The translations under genes and the position numbers were made by a program. Positions 1 to 11,800 of a DNA stretch of 64,000 nucleotides are shown piece after piece. The first letter of the stretch is position 1. Every line of letters starts with the position of its first letter. The DNA comes from Candidatus Mediterraneibacter surreyensis (lineage in GTDB: Bacteria > Bacillota > Clostridia > Lachnospirales > Lachnospiraceae). Below the pieces are notes generated by a model, which saw only the letters and a list, made by a program, of their open reading frames with translations, ran no database searches and was not told where the DNA came from. The DNA lies in assembly GCA_019118885.1 (NCBI GenBank), contig DWYB01000057.1, forward strand, positions 226 to 64,225, written 5' to 3'.

Positions 1-1041
1 CTTTTTATTTAGATCATAAATACAAACTTCCCGGTAGTTCTCCGTCTCTCCTGATGTCAGCGCATCGTTATCCCAGTCATCCGTATAGAGCAGATGCCTG
101 CCGTCTTTATATTCATATGTCCACTTAGTGCTTCCATCCGGTATATAATCAGTCGGTCCGTTTAACTCGACAGTCACACGCCCGTTCTCATATGACACAA
201 AGTCTGTCATATATACCGGCGATACAAGTACCGACAGCCCCGTGTCTGCCGCCTGAAGATCAGCCAGCGCTCCGGCCACCTGCTCTTCTGTCGCATTCGG
301 ATCCGCGCTTACAGCCTGTGCTGCCGAGAGAGCTGTTTCAAGAGCCTCCCATGTTGCAGTTACATAATCTGCCTTGTCCAGACCTTCCATCTTCGCAGCA
401 ATTGTGCTGATCGCCGTATCCAGCTCTGTCTTGTCTGCGCCTGACGGCTCGGAAACCAGCTTATACAGCTCCACCTCACCGGTGGTGACCACATTTTTAT
501 GGGCAGAGTCCAGCGTCAGCCTTACACTGCTTGCCGGAACCGCAGCAAACGCAATATCTGTCCATGTAAGTGAAGTGTCAGTAACGGCACTCTGTGCCAC
601 CTGCGTATACTGGACACCGTCTGTACTGACTTCTACGGTACAGCTGTTCGGCGCACCGTTTCCGACAGCACCTCCTGAATTTCTCGGATGGATACGCACC
701 TTACAGAGATCCACTGTATCCGCAAAGTTAAACGTATATACCTGAGGTTTTCCGTTTGCAGGATCATTGTAATTACTGTTCGTATAAGTCGTCGTATCTC
801 CGTCAAAGCTTGCCTCCAGGGTATCTCCGTCACCCTGAGGTCCGTATGTCTTCGCTGACATGGAAGCGATTTCCGATAAATCGATCTTCACCTCCCGGGA
901 TTCGTTCCGGGCTTCTGCCCCTGATAAATCTCCGGCATATACAGCCGATGGGACAGCGCCAAGGCCCATTGTAAGCACCATTGCTGCGCTCAGCGCGGCT
1001 GCAGCAGTGCGTTTCAAAATGCTTTTTACCTGCTTGTCCAT
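1..1041 (-). CDS. Secreted F5/8 type C (discoidin/CBM32-like) domain protein, N-terminal part; the C-terminus lies beyond the window start
   Basis: Absent from the ORF track because it has no stop codon in the window. My manual reverse-strand translation is open from 1041 down to 1. It begins MDKQVKSILKRTAAAALSAAMVLTMGLGAVPSAVYA (signal peptide). A discoidin-like block follows (FDGDTTTYTNSNY..VRIHPRN..VEVSTDGVQY..VELYKL), then a FIVAR-like helical repeat. A GGGAG RBS lies about 7 nt upstream of ATG 1041; an in-frame ATG also exists at 1047. Confidence 0.6.
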   Translation of the reverse strand, partial: MDKQVKSILKRTAAAALSAAMVLTMGLGAVPSAVYAGDLSGAEARNESREVKIDLSEIASMSAKTYGPQGDGDTLEASFDGDTTTYTNSNYNDPANGKPQVYTFNFADTVDLCKVRIHPRNSGGAVGNGAPNSCTVEVSTDGVQYTQVAQSAVTDTSLTWTDIAFAAVPASSVRLTLDSAHKNVVTTGEVELYKLVSEPSGADKTELDTAISTIAAKMEGLDKADYVTATWEALETALSAAQAVSADPNATEEQVAGALADLQAADTGLSVLVSPVYMTDFVSYENGRVTVELNGPTDYIPDGSTKWTYEYKDGRHLLYTDDWDNDALTSGETENYREVCIYDLNKK

Positions 1042-1260
1042 TTTCATCTCCCTTTCTTTTACACCTGAAACAGGCACCAATATTTAGCCCATGCTATTTG
1101 CGCTGAACAAATAGCATATATGTATATATTAGCACAATTTTCCTGTAATGGTTTATACTTTTCCGGCTATATTTTTAATAAATTTCAGTCAGTCAATCTC
1201 CTGTCCCGGCAAGCGGCCGTTCATATGGGCAATAGTGGCCGCCTGCCGGGCTCATGACGC

Positions 1261-1305
1261 AAAAACAGCCAGGAGGATGCAGCTTTTTAACCACATCCTC
1301 CTGGC
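1261..1305 (-). terminator. Rho-independent terminator downstream of the GH20 gene
   Basis: 13-bp perfect stem AGCCAGGAGGATG (1267-1279) / CATCCTCCTGGCT (1293-1305). On the minus strand it is followed by a T-run (plus-strand AAAAA at 1261-1265). Confidence 0.6.
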
Positions 1306-1345
1306 TTTCATCCGCTTAACGGACAGGATCATTTACCTGATCCTT

Positions 1346-4300
1346 CTATTTTCTTTTCTTTCTGACAACGACTACTGCCGCTGCTGCCGCTACTGCCACG
1401 ATAAGGACAACCGCCCAGATCACAGGACTGCTCTGGTCACCGGTCTGTACTGCTGTGTTATCGCCCTTGTCAGCATTGCCGCTGCCTGGCTTCTGGGTAT
1501 CTGCGCCCGGTTTATCTGTGCCTGGCTTATCCTGACCAGAGTCCCCTTCTCCCGGAGTCTCGATCTTCTCGAACTTCGCTGTGATCGTCAGGTCAGATGT
1601 CACAGGCTGGCTGAAATCGTACTCAGCGTCTCCGACATACCAGCCGATAAACTTGTATCCTTCCTTTACCGGATCTGCCGGCTGAGCGAGCGTCTGCCCG
1701 TGTTCAACCTGGACCGTCTCTCCGTTGATCGTTACCGTATGGTATGTCACTTCCGGCTCTTCATCCTTCGTAAACTGAGCGGTCAGTGCTGTGTTCTCTG
1801 TCACCGCAAATGTATACTCTGCATCGTCAGAAACTTTTGTTCCCGTAACAGCGTCATACCATCCTGCGAAGGCATATCCCTTCTCCGCTTCCGCAGTTAC
1901 GGTGATCTCTGTATTCTCAGCGATTCCCGGCTTACCGCCGTCTGCCGTACCGCCTTCCTGAGCCTCAACATATACGGTGTAGGTCTGCGCCGGTGCATTG
2001 GCGATATCGAACTCAGATACAGCCACCCAGCCGTCGTCAGATTCTTTTGCCACAAACCATACATACTGAACTTCCTGCTCATCAAAGTAGAAGGTCTTTG
2101 TTGTTGCGTCGTCAGCGAACTCCGCATCCTCAGCAACTTTGATCCACTCATCGTCTTCATTTGCCTTGACATACAGGTCCGCCTTTGTAACCTGTCCGCT
2201 GTTCGTTCCGCTTCTCGGTGTGAACTTGAACTGATTGATCGTATATTTCTGTCCAAGGTCGATCACGCCGCCGATCTCTTCGAACGTACCCTGCGGTTTC
2301 AGCTTATCTGATGCCCCATTCCAGTTGGAGTGCCAGATCGTAGAAGAATTGCCGTCGAATGCGTACTCAAAGAGCCCCTCTGTCGCGCTGCCCATATCGG
2401 TCTCGGAATCAACCGTCACCTTGGACCAGCCTTCCTTGTTATAATCAACAGGTGCTCCCTGTTTTACAACTACATTGTCGATCACTGCCTCGATGGCATT
2501 TGTCTCTGATCCGATCCTCTGGATCGGGAGCAGAAGCGTGGCATTTGTAATGCCTTCTACTCTTACCTTTCCGTCTGTCTGGCGGTTGCGGTATACGCCT
2601 GAAGCCTCATACGTTGTGCCGTTTACGGTAAGTGTAGTGGATGTCCCGTCCGTAGAGATCGCCAGATGAACTTTCTCACCTACCGGAAGCTTGTAGTCAA
2701 AGTAGTAATCATAAAGCTCTCTTCTGAATCCAAGCCTTCCGTCGTCCATGATCTGGATCGTATGCGCATAGTCGTCATTGCTTCCTACATTGTCAGCCTC
2801 AAACAGGATATCTCCTGCCTGTGCCGGTTTGTCAAGTGTAATATCAAACTCGAGAGTATTGCCTGTCGCCAGCTTGTCGAGCGGAGTCTCAACATAGCTC
2901 TCACCGCCGTTTAATTTGAGGCTGCCGTCCTCGATCGAAGCATTGACATTCTCTTTCAGATCTCTTCCGCTCTCTGAAGAATCAGCCATCTCGCTTCCAT
3001 CCTCAAATTCATAGGCCATATACTCGCCGTTTTCGTCTGCGGATGCCTCGTGGTACGGATTGCTGTTTGCTGCATCACCCAGCTCGTCCACTGTCGCTTC
3101 CATCTCAGCCCATGTCTGATCCTGAGCTTCGCCCCAGTTCTTGCTTGCCATCGTCGGAACCGCATCCGCAAAACGGTCGTAGATATCAATCTCTGAGATT
3201 CCGTTTGCTCTTGTATCAACGCTGTCGTTCCAGATCGCATAAGTACTTCCAAGCATCTGCTCGGAACCTGCCGGGATCACTGTGCCGCTAAAGTTATTCG
3301 GAGTCCAGTTGTTGTACAGATTCTGTGTATTCAGATAGTCGAAATAGTAGCCTGCTGCCGGTACCATGTAAAGCTGCCCGTCGATCGTATTGATCAGCTC
3401 AAAGCCTTCATTGTACATATTCGTCGGGTTCGCCCATTGCGTGTTCCATACGTTCATCTGGACACCTTCACTGCGGACATCTGCCTCGCCTGGCATGGAG
3501 GAAAGGCTTCCCCACAGGCGGACTGTATACCCCTTACTCTGAACATACTCGATCAGGTCGTCAGAGAACATCCTGAAGCGGTTTGCTTCGCCATAATATT
3601 CATCAGTTCCGATATGTACTGTCATACTCTGGTCAAACATATCGTCTGTCAGGTACTCCTCCCAGATACTCTCAACAAAAGCAAGGCTTTCGTCATATTT
3701 ATCTTCTGAAAGGTCGAACTGCTCGCCCGCTCTGTTCGCTGCACCAGATACAATATTCTGAAGCATCAGGTCCGGACGTACCTTTGTAAATGCTCCGGAG
3801 TGTCCCGGTGTGTCAAACTCCGGCGTAATATTCACGCCCATACTGCGGCAGTCCAGGATAAAGTTCCTGAAATCTGTCTTAGTATAATACAGGTCCTTAT
3901 TTGTCAGGTCTGCCTGGTTCAGTCCGTTATTGCTTCCCTCCACAACTTCTGACTCAAGACGGAATCCTGTATATGCAAGCTGGTTTGCTTCCTCTGCCGA
4001 AGCATAGTCCTCATAGAAGATGAGATTATCATTCAGATGAATGTGGAATTCATTCATCTTATAGTAAGCCATCTCTTTGGCGATATCCTGGAGTGTCTCC
4101 ATGGATACCGGTTTACGCGCCACATCGAGCATAAAGCCGCGGACTTCGTACTTCGGATAGTCCTTGGTGATACCTGTCGGAATCTTTCCCTCGTTCAGCT
4201 CCGCGATCTGAAGGATAGAGCGTGTCGCCCAGTAAGCACCTGTATTGTGGTCCGCTTTTACTGTCAGCTTATCGCTTCCGATATCCATGATATATCCTTC

Positions 4301-5848
4301 TTCGCCAAGCCCGTTCGCTGGATCCTTTTCAAAGACAATGGCTGCTGCGGATGCATCGCTTACAGTCTTCAGCTCTGCCCCCATCTCTGCATTGTAATCT
4401 TCCACAAAAGCTTCTGCTGCCGCAGAGAAATCTTCCGGTGCATAAACACCTGCATCATTTGCCACAGAAAAACTTCCTGCGGACTCTCCGCCGTACCATT
4501 CAGCCAGTTCAGGGATCACCGTCGGCTTCGCATTGGTTCCTTCATCCTCATACTTGCCTGGAATATCAAGTGTGTATTCCACACTTCCTTCCGCAGATTC
4601 TTCACCCTTTGTCACCTTGTAGATGCCTTTTACAGTCTTGTCAGTGAGCGGTGTATAGATTGTGCCGTCTTTTCCTACTACTTCTTCATAGTCCGCAAGG
4701 AATTCTACTGTAAACCCTTCCGGAACTTCCGGCAGGATAAGCGCTGTGCCGTCTGCATTGACAGACGGTGCTCCGAGAAGATCAGCGACCTCCTCCGGCG
4801 TCGCGTCCGCGCTGATCGAAGCCGGCTCTACTGCATAGCTCTCAAACTCTGCAACAGAGACATTCGGCCAGTCATTATCTCCGCCGTTGTAGCCGTCTAC
4901 TGTCAGGCGGATCTTCTTCGCCCACACAGGGGCATCCAGTGAGATCACCTCATTTGTAGAAGTAATCGGATCTGCTTTTGTATAAACTACTTCAAACGCT
5001 GCGTCATCGCTCTCAGCCACCTCGATCTTGTAGCTCTCGATATTCAGTCTTTCCCAGATAATGCGGAAGAACTGGACTCTCTGAGATGCCGGAAGTGTAA
5101 CTGTCAGTGTGCGGGGCTCCTCTGTGTCTGACGGATTTGTTGCCCAGCGTGTCGTCTGGTCTCCGTCGATCGCCATAGAAGCTGCCTGTGTGTCCCCTTC
5201 TGTCGGCTCGTAATCGCTCGCCTCTGCGGTTCCTTCCAGATTGTAGTTCTCTTCCGGCAGAAATTCGTTCTGGATCTGATCCTCGTAAATCTGGAACTCA
5301 TAGACTGATACGGACTGCCAGTTCCCCGGGTTCAGGTTATATCCGTCTACATAAAGGCGTACATACTGTGCCTCAACAGGAGACGCGAGATGGATGTTCT
5401 CGTTCAGGTCTGAGATCGGGTCCTCTCCCTCTTTCTCATAAACTGTTGTCCACTCAGCATCCTCAGTGTTGCTGTCAGCTGTCTGGATCTTATAGCTTGT
5501 GATATTCAGCCTCTCCCAAGCGATCAGGAAGGACTGGAATGTCTTGGCCTCTCCCAGGTCAACTGTCAGGATTTTCGGATCCTGCGCAGCGCTTGTATTT
5601 GTCGCCCATCTTGACTGGGGCTTCTGGGCATCTCTGTTGACGATGCCATCGACTGCTTTTGACGCCGGATAGTCATTTGTCTCTGTGTCATTCGCCGTTG
5701 CAGCCGCATTCAGCGCCAGGTTCACCGCTTCCTCTCCCGCTGCCTTTACCTCAGCCAGCGGGGAGAACGGGGCTGCAAGCGTCACCGTCATTGCAGCCGC
5801 GAGAATGCAGGCGCTTAACTTCTTTAAGCTTTTTCTGCTCTTCCTCAT
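1346..5848 (-). CDS. GH20 beta-N-acetylhexosaminidase, multimodular and cell-wall anchored
   Basis: 1500-aa ORF with a signal peptide (MRKSRKSLKKLSACILAAAMTVTLAAP). GH20 signatures are RGFMLDVARKP, FHIHLNDN, FDTPGHSGAF and HIGTDEY (D-E pair). It has three discoidin/CBM32-like modules (AVDG..RWATN; FDGNSSTIWHSNW) and two GY.F.GWY B-repeat modules. The C-terminus is AVQTGD + hydrophobic helix + RKKRK. An AGGAGG RBS sits 5 nt upstream, and the start is only 14 nt from the GH84 stop. Confidence 0.85.
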   Translation of the reverse strand: MRKSRKSLKKLSACILAAAMTVTLAAPFSPLAEVKAAGEEAVNLALNAAATANDTETNDYPASKAVDGIVNRDAQKPQSRWATNTSAAQDPKILTVDLGEAKTFQSFLIAWERLNITSYKIQTADSNTEDAEWTTVYEKEGEDPISDLNENIHLASPVEAQYVRLYVDGYNLNPGNWQSVSVYEFQIYEDQIQNEFLPEENYNLEGTAEASDYEPTEGDTQAASMAIDGDQTTRWATNPSDTEEPRTLTVTLPASQRVQFFRIIWERLNIESYKIEVAESDDAAFEVVYTKADPITSTNEVISLDAPVWAKKIRLTVDGYNGGDNDWPNVSVAEFESYAVEPASISADATPEEVADLLGAPSVNADGTALILPEVPEGFTVEFLADYEEVVGKDGTIYTPLTDKTVKGIYKVTKGEESAEGSVEYTLDIPGKYEDEGTNAKPTVIPELAEWYGGESAGSFSVANDAGVYAPEDFSAAAEAFVEDYNAEMGAELKTVSDASAAAIVFEKDPANGLGEEGYIMDIGSDKLTVKADHNTGAYWATRSILQIAELNEGKIPTGITKDYPKYEVRGFMLDVARKPVSMETLQDIAKEMAYYKMNEFHIHLNDNLIFYEDYASAEEANQLAYTGFRLESEVVEGSNNGLNQADLTNKDLYYTKTDFRNFILDCRSMGVNITPEFDTPGHSGAFTKVRPDLMLQNIVSGAANRAGEQFDLSEDKYDESLAFVESIWEEYLTDDMFDQSMTVHIGTDEYYGEANRFRMFSDDLIEYVQSKGYTVRLWGSLSSMPGEADVRSEGVQMNVWNTQWANPTNMYNEGFELINTIDGQLYMVPAAGYYFDYLNTQNLYNNWTPNNFSGTVIPAGSEQMLGSTYAIWNDSVDTRANGISEIDIYDRFADAVPTMASKNWGEAQDQTWAEMEATVDELGDAANSNPYHEASADENGEYMAYEFEDGSEMADSSESGRDLKENVNASIEDGSLKLNGGESYVETPLDKLATGNTLEFDITLDKPAQAGDILFEADNVGSNDDYAHTIQIMDDGRLGFRRELYDYYFDYKLPVGEKVHLAISTDGTSTTLTVNGTTYEASGVYRNRQTDGKVRVEGITNATLLLPIQRIGSETNAIEAVIDNVVVKQGAPVDYNKEGWSKVTVDSETDMGSATEGLFEYAFDGNSSTIWHSNWNGASDKLKPQGTFEEIGGVIDLGQKYTINQFKFTPRSGTNSGQVTKADLYVKANEDDEWIKVAEDAEFADDATTKTFYFDEQEVQYVWFVAKESDDGWVAVSEFDIANAPAQTYTVYVEAQEGGTADGGKPGIAENTEITVTAEAEKGYAFAGWYDAVTGTKVSDDAEYTFAVTENTALTAQFTKDEEPEVTYHTVTINGETVQVEHGQTLAQPADPVKEGYKFIGWYVGDAEYDFSQPVTSDLTITAKFEKIETPGEGDSGQDKPGTDKPGADTQKPGSGNADKGDNTAVQTGDQSSPVIWAVVLIVAVAAAAAVVVVRKKRK

Positions 5849-5862
5849 AGTTCCCTCCTGTT

Positions 5863-8800
5863 TTATTTCCTTTTTTTCCTGATGATGATCACAGCTGCGG
5901 CTGCCGCCACACAGATGACCAGCACAATGACGATCGGAAGTACATTCATGTCATCGCCTGTATTGACTGCTGTATCGGCTTTTCCGCTGTCCTGACTGCC
6001 GCCCTGGCTGCTGTCCACAAGCTTCAGGTTCTGCTCAGCTTTTTCGAAAGCTGCCTTGAGCTGTGCGAACTCTGCCGCGCTTAAGTCAGACGGATCTGCA
6101 TTCATCAGTGCTTCGTAGGCTTCTTTGTAAGCCTTATAGGAATCAGCCGTGTAGCCTTTCTCCGGTTTCAGGGTAATGCTGTCACGGTAATCCTCTACTC
6201 CCTGTGCTTTCGGCACGAGCGCGCGGATCGCATTTTCGATCGCCGCCGCTGCCGCTGACACTTCTTCCCGGCTGCCGGACTTCAGAAGTTTCTCTGTCTG
6301 TCCGAGCAGGTCAGTAAGCGCTTTGTAGGACGAAGATGTATACAGCTCTGCATTTACACCCTGAGCTGCAGATATCTGTGCCTTCAGTGCTGTCACATCG
6401 ACCAGACCGCTCATTGCGTTCTGGATCGCTGCCACATACTCAGCATCCTTCGCGTCATCTGTGTTCGCCTCAGCTTCTTCCACGATGTCTGCGAGGGCCT
6501 GATAAGAATCTTCTGTGTACTTATCTGCCGCGCCTTCCGCACCGAGGACTGCCTTTGCCTTCGCGATCACTTCGTCCAGAGTTGTCTCCGGTTTCGGGTT
6601 AAGTGCATCATAAGCGTCGTTGATCCGTTCCACCGCCTCTGCGACAGCATCCTTTGTGCCGTTCTTAAGCAGCGCTTTTCCGTTTTCCACTGCTTCTGTA
6701 AACGCCGCATAGCTTTCCTCAGGGTAAATAGACGGGTCTGTGATCGTATCTTCCAACGCGATCGCTGCCTTCAGCTCTGTTACATCGACCAGGCTGTCCA
6801 TTGCATGACTGAACGCATCCTTTGCCTCGATGAACCGCTCCGGATATACGCGCTCTCCTTCACCGGACTCTGCCGCCTTATCCTGGGCTGCCAGTGTATC
6901 AATGGCTTCTTTCGCCGCCGTAAGGGCCTCATAGCTGTCGGTTGTATAATTCTCACCATTCACCGCACCGTAGCGGAGTGTTTCCAGCTCAGCCTGCTCA
7001 CGGTTAGCCGTGGAATACATGAGCGCTGCCTGTGCAGCTTCAACGTCTGCTTGCAGGCTGTCCGCCTTTGTCTGTGACAGATTGTCCGCATTTTTCAGCG
7101 CCGCTGCGAGCCTGTTGACTGCATTCTCATATGCGCTGTATGTTGAGCTTGTGTAAATGATCTTTTCATTGCTGATCATGCCGTCTACTATCGCCTGAAG
7201 CGCATCCACATTGTTGGCTTTCATCTCAGCATTATTGTATGCTGCCTGCAGGGATCCGAGAGCAGAATCAACGATCGTCTGGCTGGCATTTTCATTATTG
7301 AAGATCTGATTCGCCACATCCCATGCTGCCTGGTAAGCTTCTTTGCTGTCTGTGGTCCATCCATCTTTTGCCTTCTGCTCGAGCGCTGTTTTAAGCTCGC
7401 TCTTATCGACTGCGGTTCCTCTGTCTGTGGATGTCGCGATCTCCGCGATCTCCGGGATCTTGTCTGTCCATGTCACGGTAATGCTCTCCAGCGTCTTGTT
7501 CTCCGGTATGAGGAACTCATTGATCGGCTGATTCAGCTTTCCGAGGGATACACTGTCTTCTTCGCCGATGTATTTTGCCTTCACTTCCGCGCCTGACGCT
7601 GTACCTGTCTGGATCAGCCTGATGGACGCCACGCCCTCAGGCTCGGAGAGCCGGTAGGTAAATGAGCTGTCCTCAGCGGATGACTTGTAAGTTGTCGTGT
7701 AATCGCCGTCCAGCATATTAGACGGGATCTTTCCTTCCTCTTCGATGTCGTCAGCGATCACATCCCGGTTTGCCTCTGTGGAAATGTATGCTCCGCCGTT
7801 GATCTGGATCTCGCTGAATCCGACCCATCTGTGGGAGTATGTCTCCACCGGTGTTACCCGGATATATCTTCCGTCCACATCCAGGTCTGTCGCTTCCGCG
7901 TACATATAACCCGGATTCATATCATCGTGCGTCAGGGTGATGCCCTGCATATCCTTCGCTGTCGTGTCATCCCAGACATTCTCTGTCTCCTGTCCGACAT
8001 GAAGGACTTTCGTCCATTTTTCTCCGTCCGCAGATACTTCAAAGTCCGCGTTTCTCAGGTAATTGAGCTGCGTCTCGATAATGTAGTAGCGCAGGGATGA
8101 GAAATGGATCACCTGACCGAGGTCAAATGTGATATGCTTTCCTGCCTCCTGTGCACCGTTGATCATACCGATCGTGGTAAGGTCGCCGTCAAATACATTC
8201 CCTACCGTTCCGGATGTTCTCATGTCATTGGCCGTCTGGGCGGTTGCGAAATCACTTTCCACCGCATAATCGCCGATGAACTCAAAGTTCACGTCGAACT
8301 GTGTCAGGTTCAGCTCCGTACCAGCCGCTGTGCTGCGGATACGGATGTAACGCGCATCGACTGTCTCGTCAGACTGATAAGGCGTCCATGTAATTCCGTT
8401 CATTGACGTCTCAAGCACTGCATTCTCCGGCAGTTCAGATACCGCGACGCCTGTCACTGCCTTGATATTGCTGAGCTTCACGCCGATGTACTCATCTTCA
8501 TTCAGCGTCACCTTGCCGGAAGACAGAGAGACGATCCCCTCGTCCGCGGTCGATGTGATGTCTGTACTGATATTGGTGTATACATACTCAGAACTTCCGC
8601 CGGTCTTCTCTTTTACTGTAAACTCAGAGAACTTGCCCCAGCTTCCCTGCTGTGTCAGGTTGCGGATACGGATGTACTGTGCGCTCGTGCCGCTGAGATC
8701 GATATCCAGCGTGTCCTTGCCGGAATCGGCGCCTGTATAGTTCTCGTATCCTTTCACCGGCGTCCATGTCACATTGTCAACCGATGTCTCGATCGTGTAG

Positions 8801-11800
8801 TTTCTGATCTTATCGCCGCCGTCATGTCCGACTACGATGTGTGCGCTCACCAGGTCTGCGACCTTGCCCAGGTCATATCCAAGGTAATCGCCGGCCATGA
8901 AGTCGTCTCCTGTCGTGTTTGCATCCCCGTCCGGATCATACCATACAAATGTATCGTCATTGCCGTCATAGAGATTTGCTTCAGATCCCTGATATACTTT
9001 CCAGCGGTCTGTACGGATCACATTATACTGGATCGGCGTCACCGCCCCACTCGCAGGCGCAAGGATCTCGATCTCAGATATCCTCACCCATCCGTATGTA
9101 GTCTCCTGATTGAGGATCCGCACTGCCTTTACATTTGCAATGCTTCCGAAATCAACCGTCTGATCCGCTTCACTTGTAAGGGTTCCTGCTTTCACCCACT
9201 CATCGGATCCGTCAACCTGGTATTCCACATCTGCATTGGAGAATACATCTGTCGCTGCGGATATTCCCTGTACCAGTCTGAAAGATCCTACCGTCTTCGG
9301 CTCGTCAAATGTAACTGTAAGCGTTGCATCTGCCGGGATCTTATCGCGGTTCGGCTGCTCATACGGTCCTTTTGCAAGCTGGACTTCCGTGCTGTCGCTT
9401 CCGTCAAAATAATTTGTTTCGTTTCCGCTGCGGACAGAGATCCCATTATATGTAACTGTTCCTGTGTATCTCTCCTGCTCTTCCGGCTGCTGCGCCGAAT
9501 TCTTGTTGATCTGGATCTCATGCACATTCAGGTATGCATCCAGCTTGTTGTCTGCTGTCGCTGTCAGCCGGATCCCCATTGCCTGGAAGTCTTCCGGCAG
9601 GTTTTCCGCTGCGACAGTGATCTCCAGATACTCACCCTGGACACCGGTAAATGCATTTTCCATACCGGTCAGTTCCAGGTCTTTCCACTCTTTGCCGTCC
9701 GCTGTGTACTGAAGCTTGGACGCCTCAAAATGGTTCTTTCCGTTTCCGAGCAGGAACCGGATATCTGTAATGTCGATCGTCCTGTTGTACAGAACGCCTA
9801 CATAATCTCCCGTATGGATCCATACCGGATTGCGGTAGCTCGCCATGGTTCCGTCATCGCCGTCGAACACATTGTCCGTGCTTCCGGTCGGGCTGTCCGT
9901 CCTGTTGGTGATAAAGGACTGGATCACTGCATCCGGATTCATCGCTGTCTCCGCATACTTTGAAACATATTCAGCCACTGCGTTGATAAACGGCACGATA
10001 TGCTGCACGCCGACTTCCGCGTATTCATTGTGGTCCAGATACCAGATGGCATGTGTCTTTGAGCTGTCAAACGCAGCCTTTCCTTCTGTATTATACTGAA
10101 GGAGCGCTGTTGTATCGTTTGCCAGGACTGCCTTTACACCGTTCAGGTATGCGATCGCCGCGTCAGTCGTGTCATCCCAGCAGTTCAGGAACTGCACGAT
10201 CTGGTCTCTGACATTGGTGTCGCCCGCCTGTGCCTCGTATGTATCCGCCGCTTCCTGCAGGATCTCAAACTCAGCGATCAGTGCGTCCGCTTCTTCCGCT
10301 GTCACTGTATTCGCATTCAGCTTATCCCTGAAATCCGTAAGCAGCGGCGCCAGATCCACTGACTCCTGCAGAGCAGTCACACGGCTGTCCATGTTCTGGT
10401 TCATCATATGCTTCGACAGTTCTCTGAGCGCAGCGGAAGCCTCGTTCTCCACTGCAGAATTGTGATCCACATATTTGAACGAATCATTCCACGCCTGGTC
10501 CGCCTCATCTTCCGTCTCCCAGATATTCCAGGAATAGCATGCATTTCCGAAGATCGCGACCTTGCTGGGCTCAGACTGCTGCATCGGGTTGAGCACGATG
10601 CCCTGGATCTTCGAAGGATCCACGCCCGGGTGGAGGAACGTCGAATACCCGCCCATGATCAGGTGGTTCTTCGAATTGTCTGTACACGGCCAGTTGATCC
10701 ACATGTAAGGTCCGCGGCCTGCAGTATTTGTAAATGTCTCTGTAAAGCTGTTGCTTACTTCTCCCCAGATCCTTCCGCCGGTCATAACGATCTGCACGTT
10801 CTCCGGGAACTGCTGATAATAGCTCTGTCCGTTGTACATATATTCTACCGTACAGAACGGAAGGGTCTGCTTCAGGTCCGGATACTTCTCGCCCATCTCA
10901 GCCAGCCACTCTGTCATATCATTGAGGAAACGGATATAGTTGTCCGCCCCCGCATTCGCTGCGTCGTCCGCCAGGATCGCCACCTGTCTTACACCGGCTT
11001 CGATCACCTGCTCGAACTTCGCCTGGACGATCGCGAGGTCTTCCTGATAATGCTCCTCCGTGTCAAACCGGACCGGATTGTTCATGAATGTATGGAGCGC
11101 AAATACAAACCGGCACTTCGATTCATTGCCCGCATCCGCGAGCGGTTTGATCAGTGTCTCGATCTCCTCATCCGTATAAAGTGTCCGCCACTGTGCGTTG
11201 TGCTTCGGATCGTTCTTCGGTGCGTAGAAATAGGAATTCAGTTTGTAGTATCCTCCCCATTTCATCAGGTTGATCCTGTCCTGCGTGGACCACGGATTGC
11301 CGTAATATCCTTCGATAAATCCGCGGCTCGCCACATCCGCCCAGTCTTCGATATGGAAGCTTCTGATCGTCTGGCTGTCCATCTGCTTTACAATGTGGTA
11401 CAGCGTAGTCAGCCCGTAAAAACTCGCGTCTGTATCTGCGCCCAGGACTGTGATCACATCTTCCTTACTGTCCAGGACGTAGGAATCCAGCTTGTCGAAA
11501 AGTCCGTCCGCAGATACCTCCACGTTTTCCTCTGCGTACTGGTCAACGTATCCGTCTGATCCGTCGATCCCGACAAGCACGTTCGTCTTGCCCTCGACGA
11601 TCTCATCCGATTCGCTCACCGTGATGCCGTCTTTCAGGGCGAAGACTTCATCCAGCCTGTCCTGTGTTGCCTCGTCAATGCCGTCCTCATAGACCACATT
11701 CACTTCATTCTTAAGGATCCAGCTGTCTCCTTCATAGCTGATTTCGTGCGGCTTCGGATAGATCTCATATTCCGCTTCCGCAGCCTGCGCCGCCGGCGTC

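Noticed and set aside
1148-2311. A 387-aa plus-strand ORF, and many other 60-380-aa ORFs antisense to the GH20/GH84/GH29/GH2/GH31 genes (for example 4037..4942, 8824..9963, 10408..11559, 17751..18719, 38612..39040)
   Set aside because: Each lies entirely inside a much longer opposite-strand ORF that has clear family motifs. They are Cys/Arg/Leu-rich or low-complexity translations without RBS or recognisable domains, which is typical of shadow ORFs in GC-skewed coding DNA.
6100-7500. FIVAR-like helical repeats of the GH84 C-terminus, considered as a DNA-level tandem repeat
   Set aside because: The repeats are recognisable only at the protein level. The nucleotide sequences have diverged, so they are protein modules and not a genomic repeat feature.
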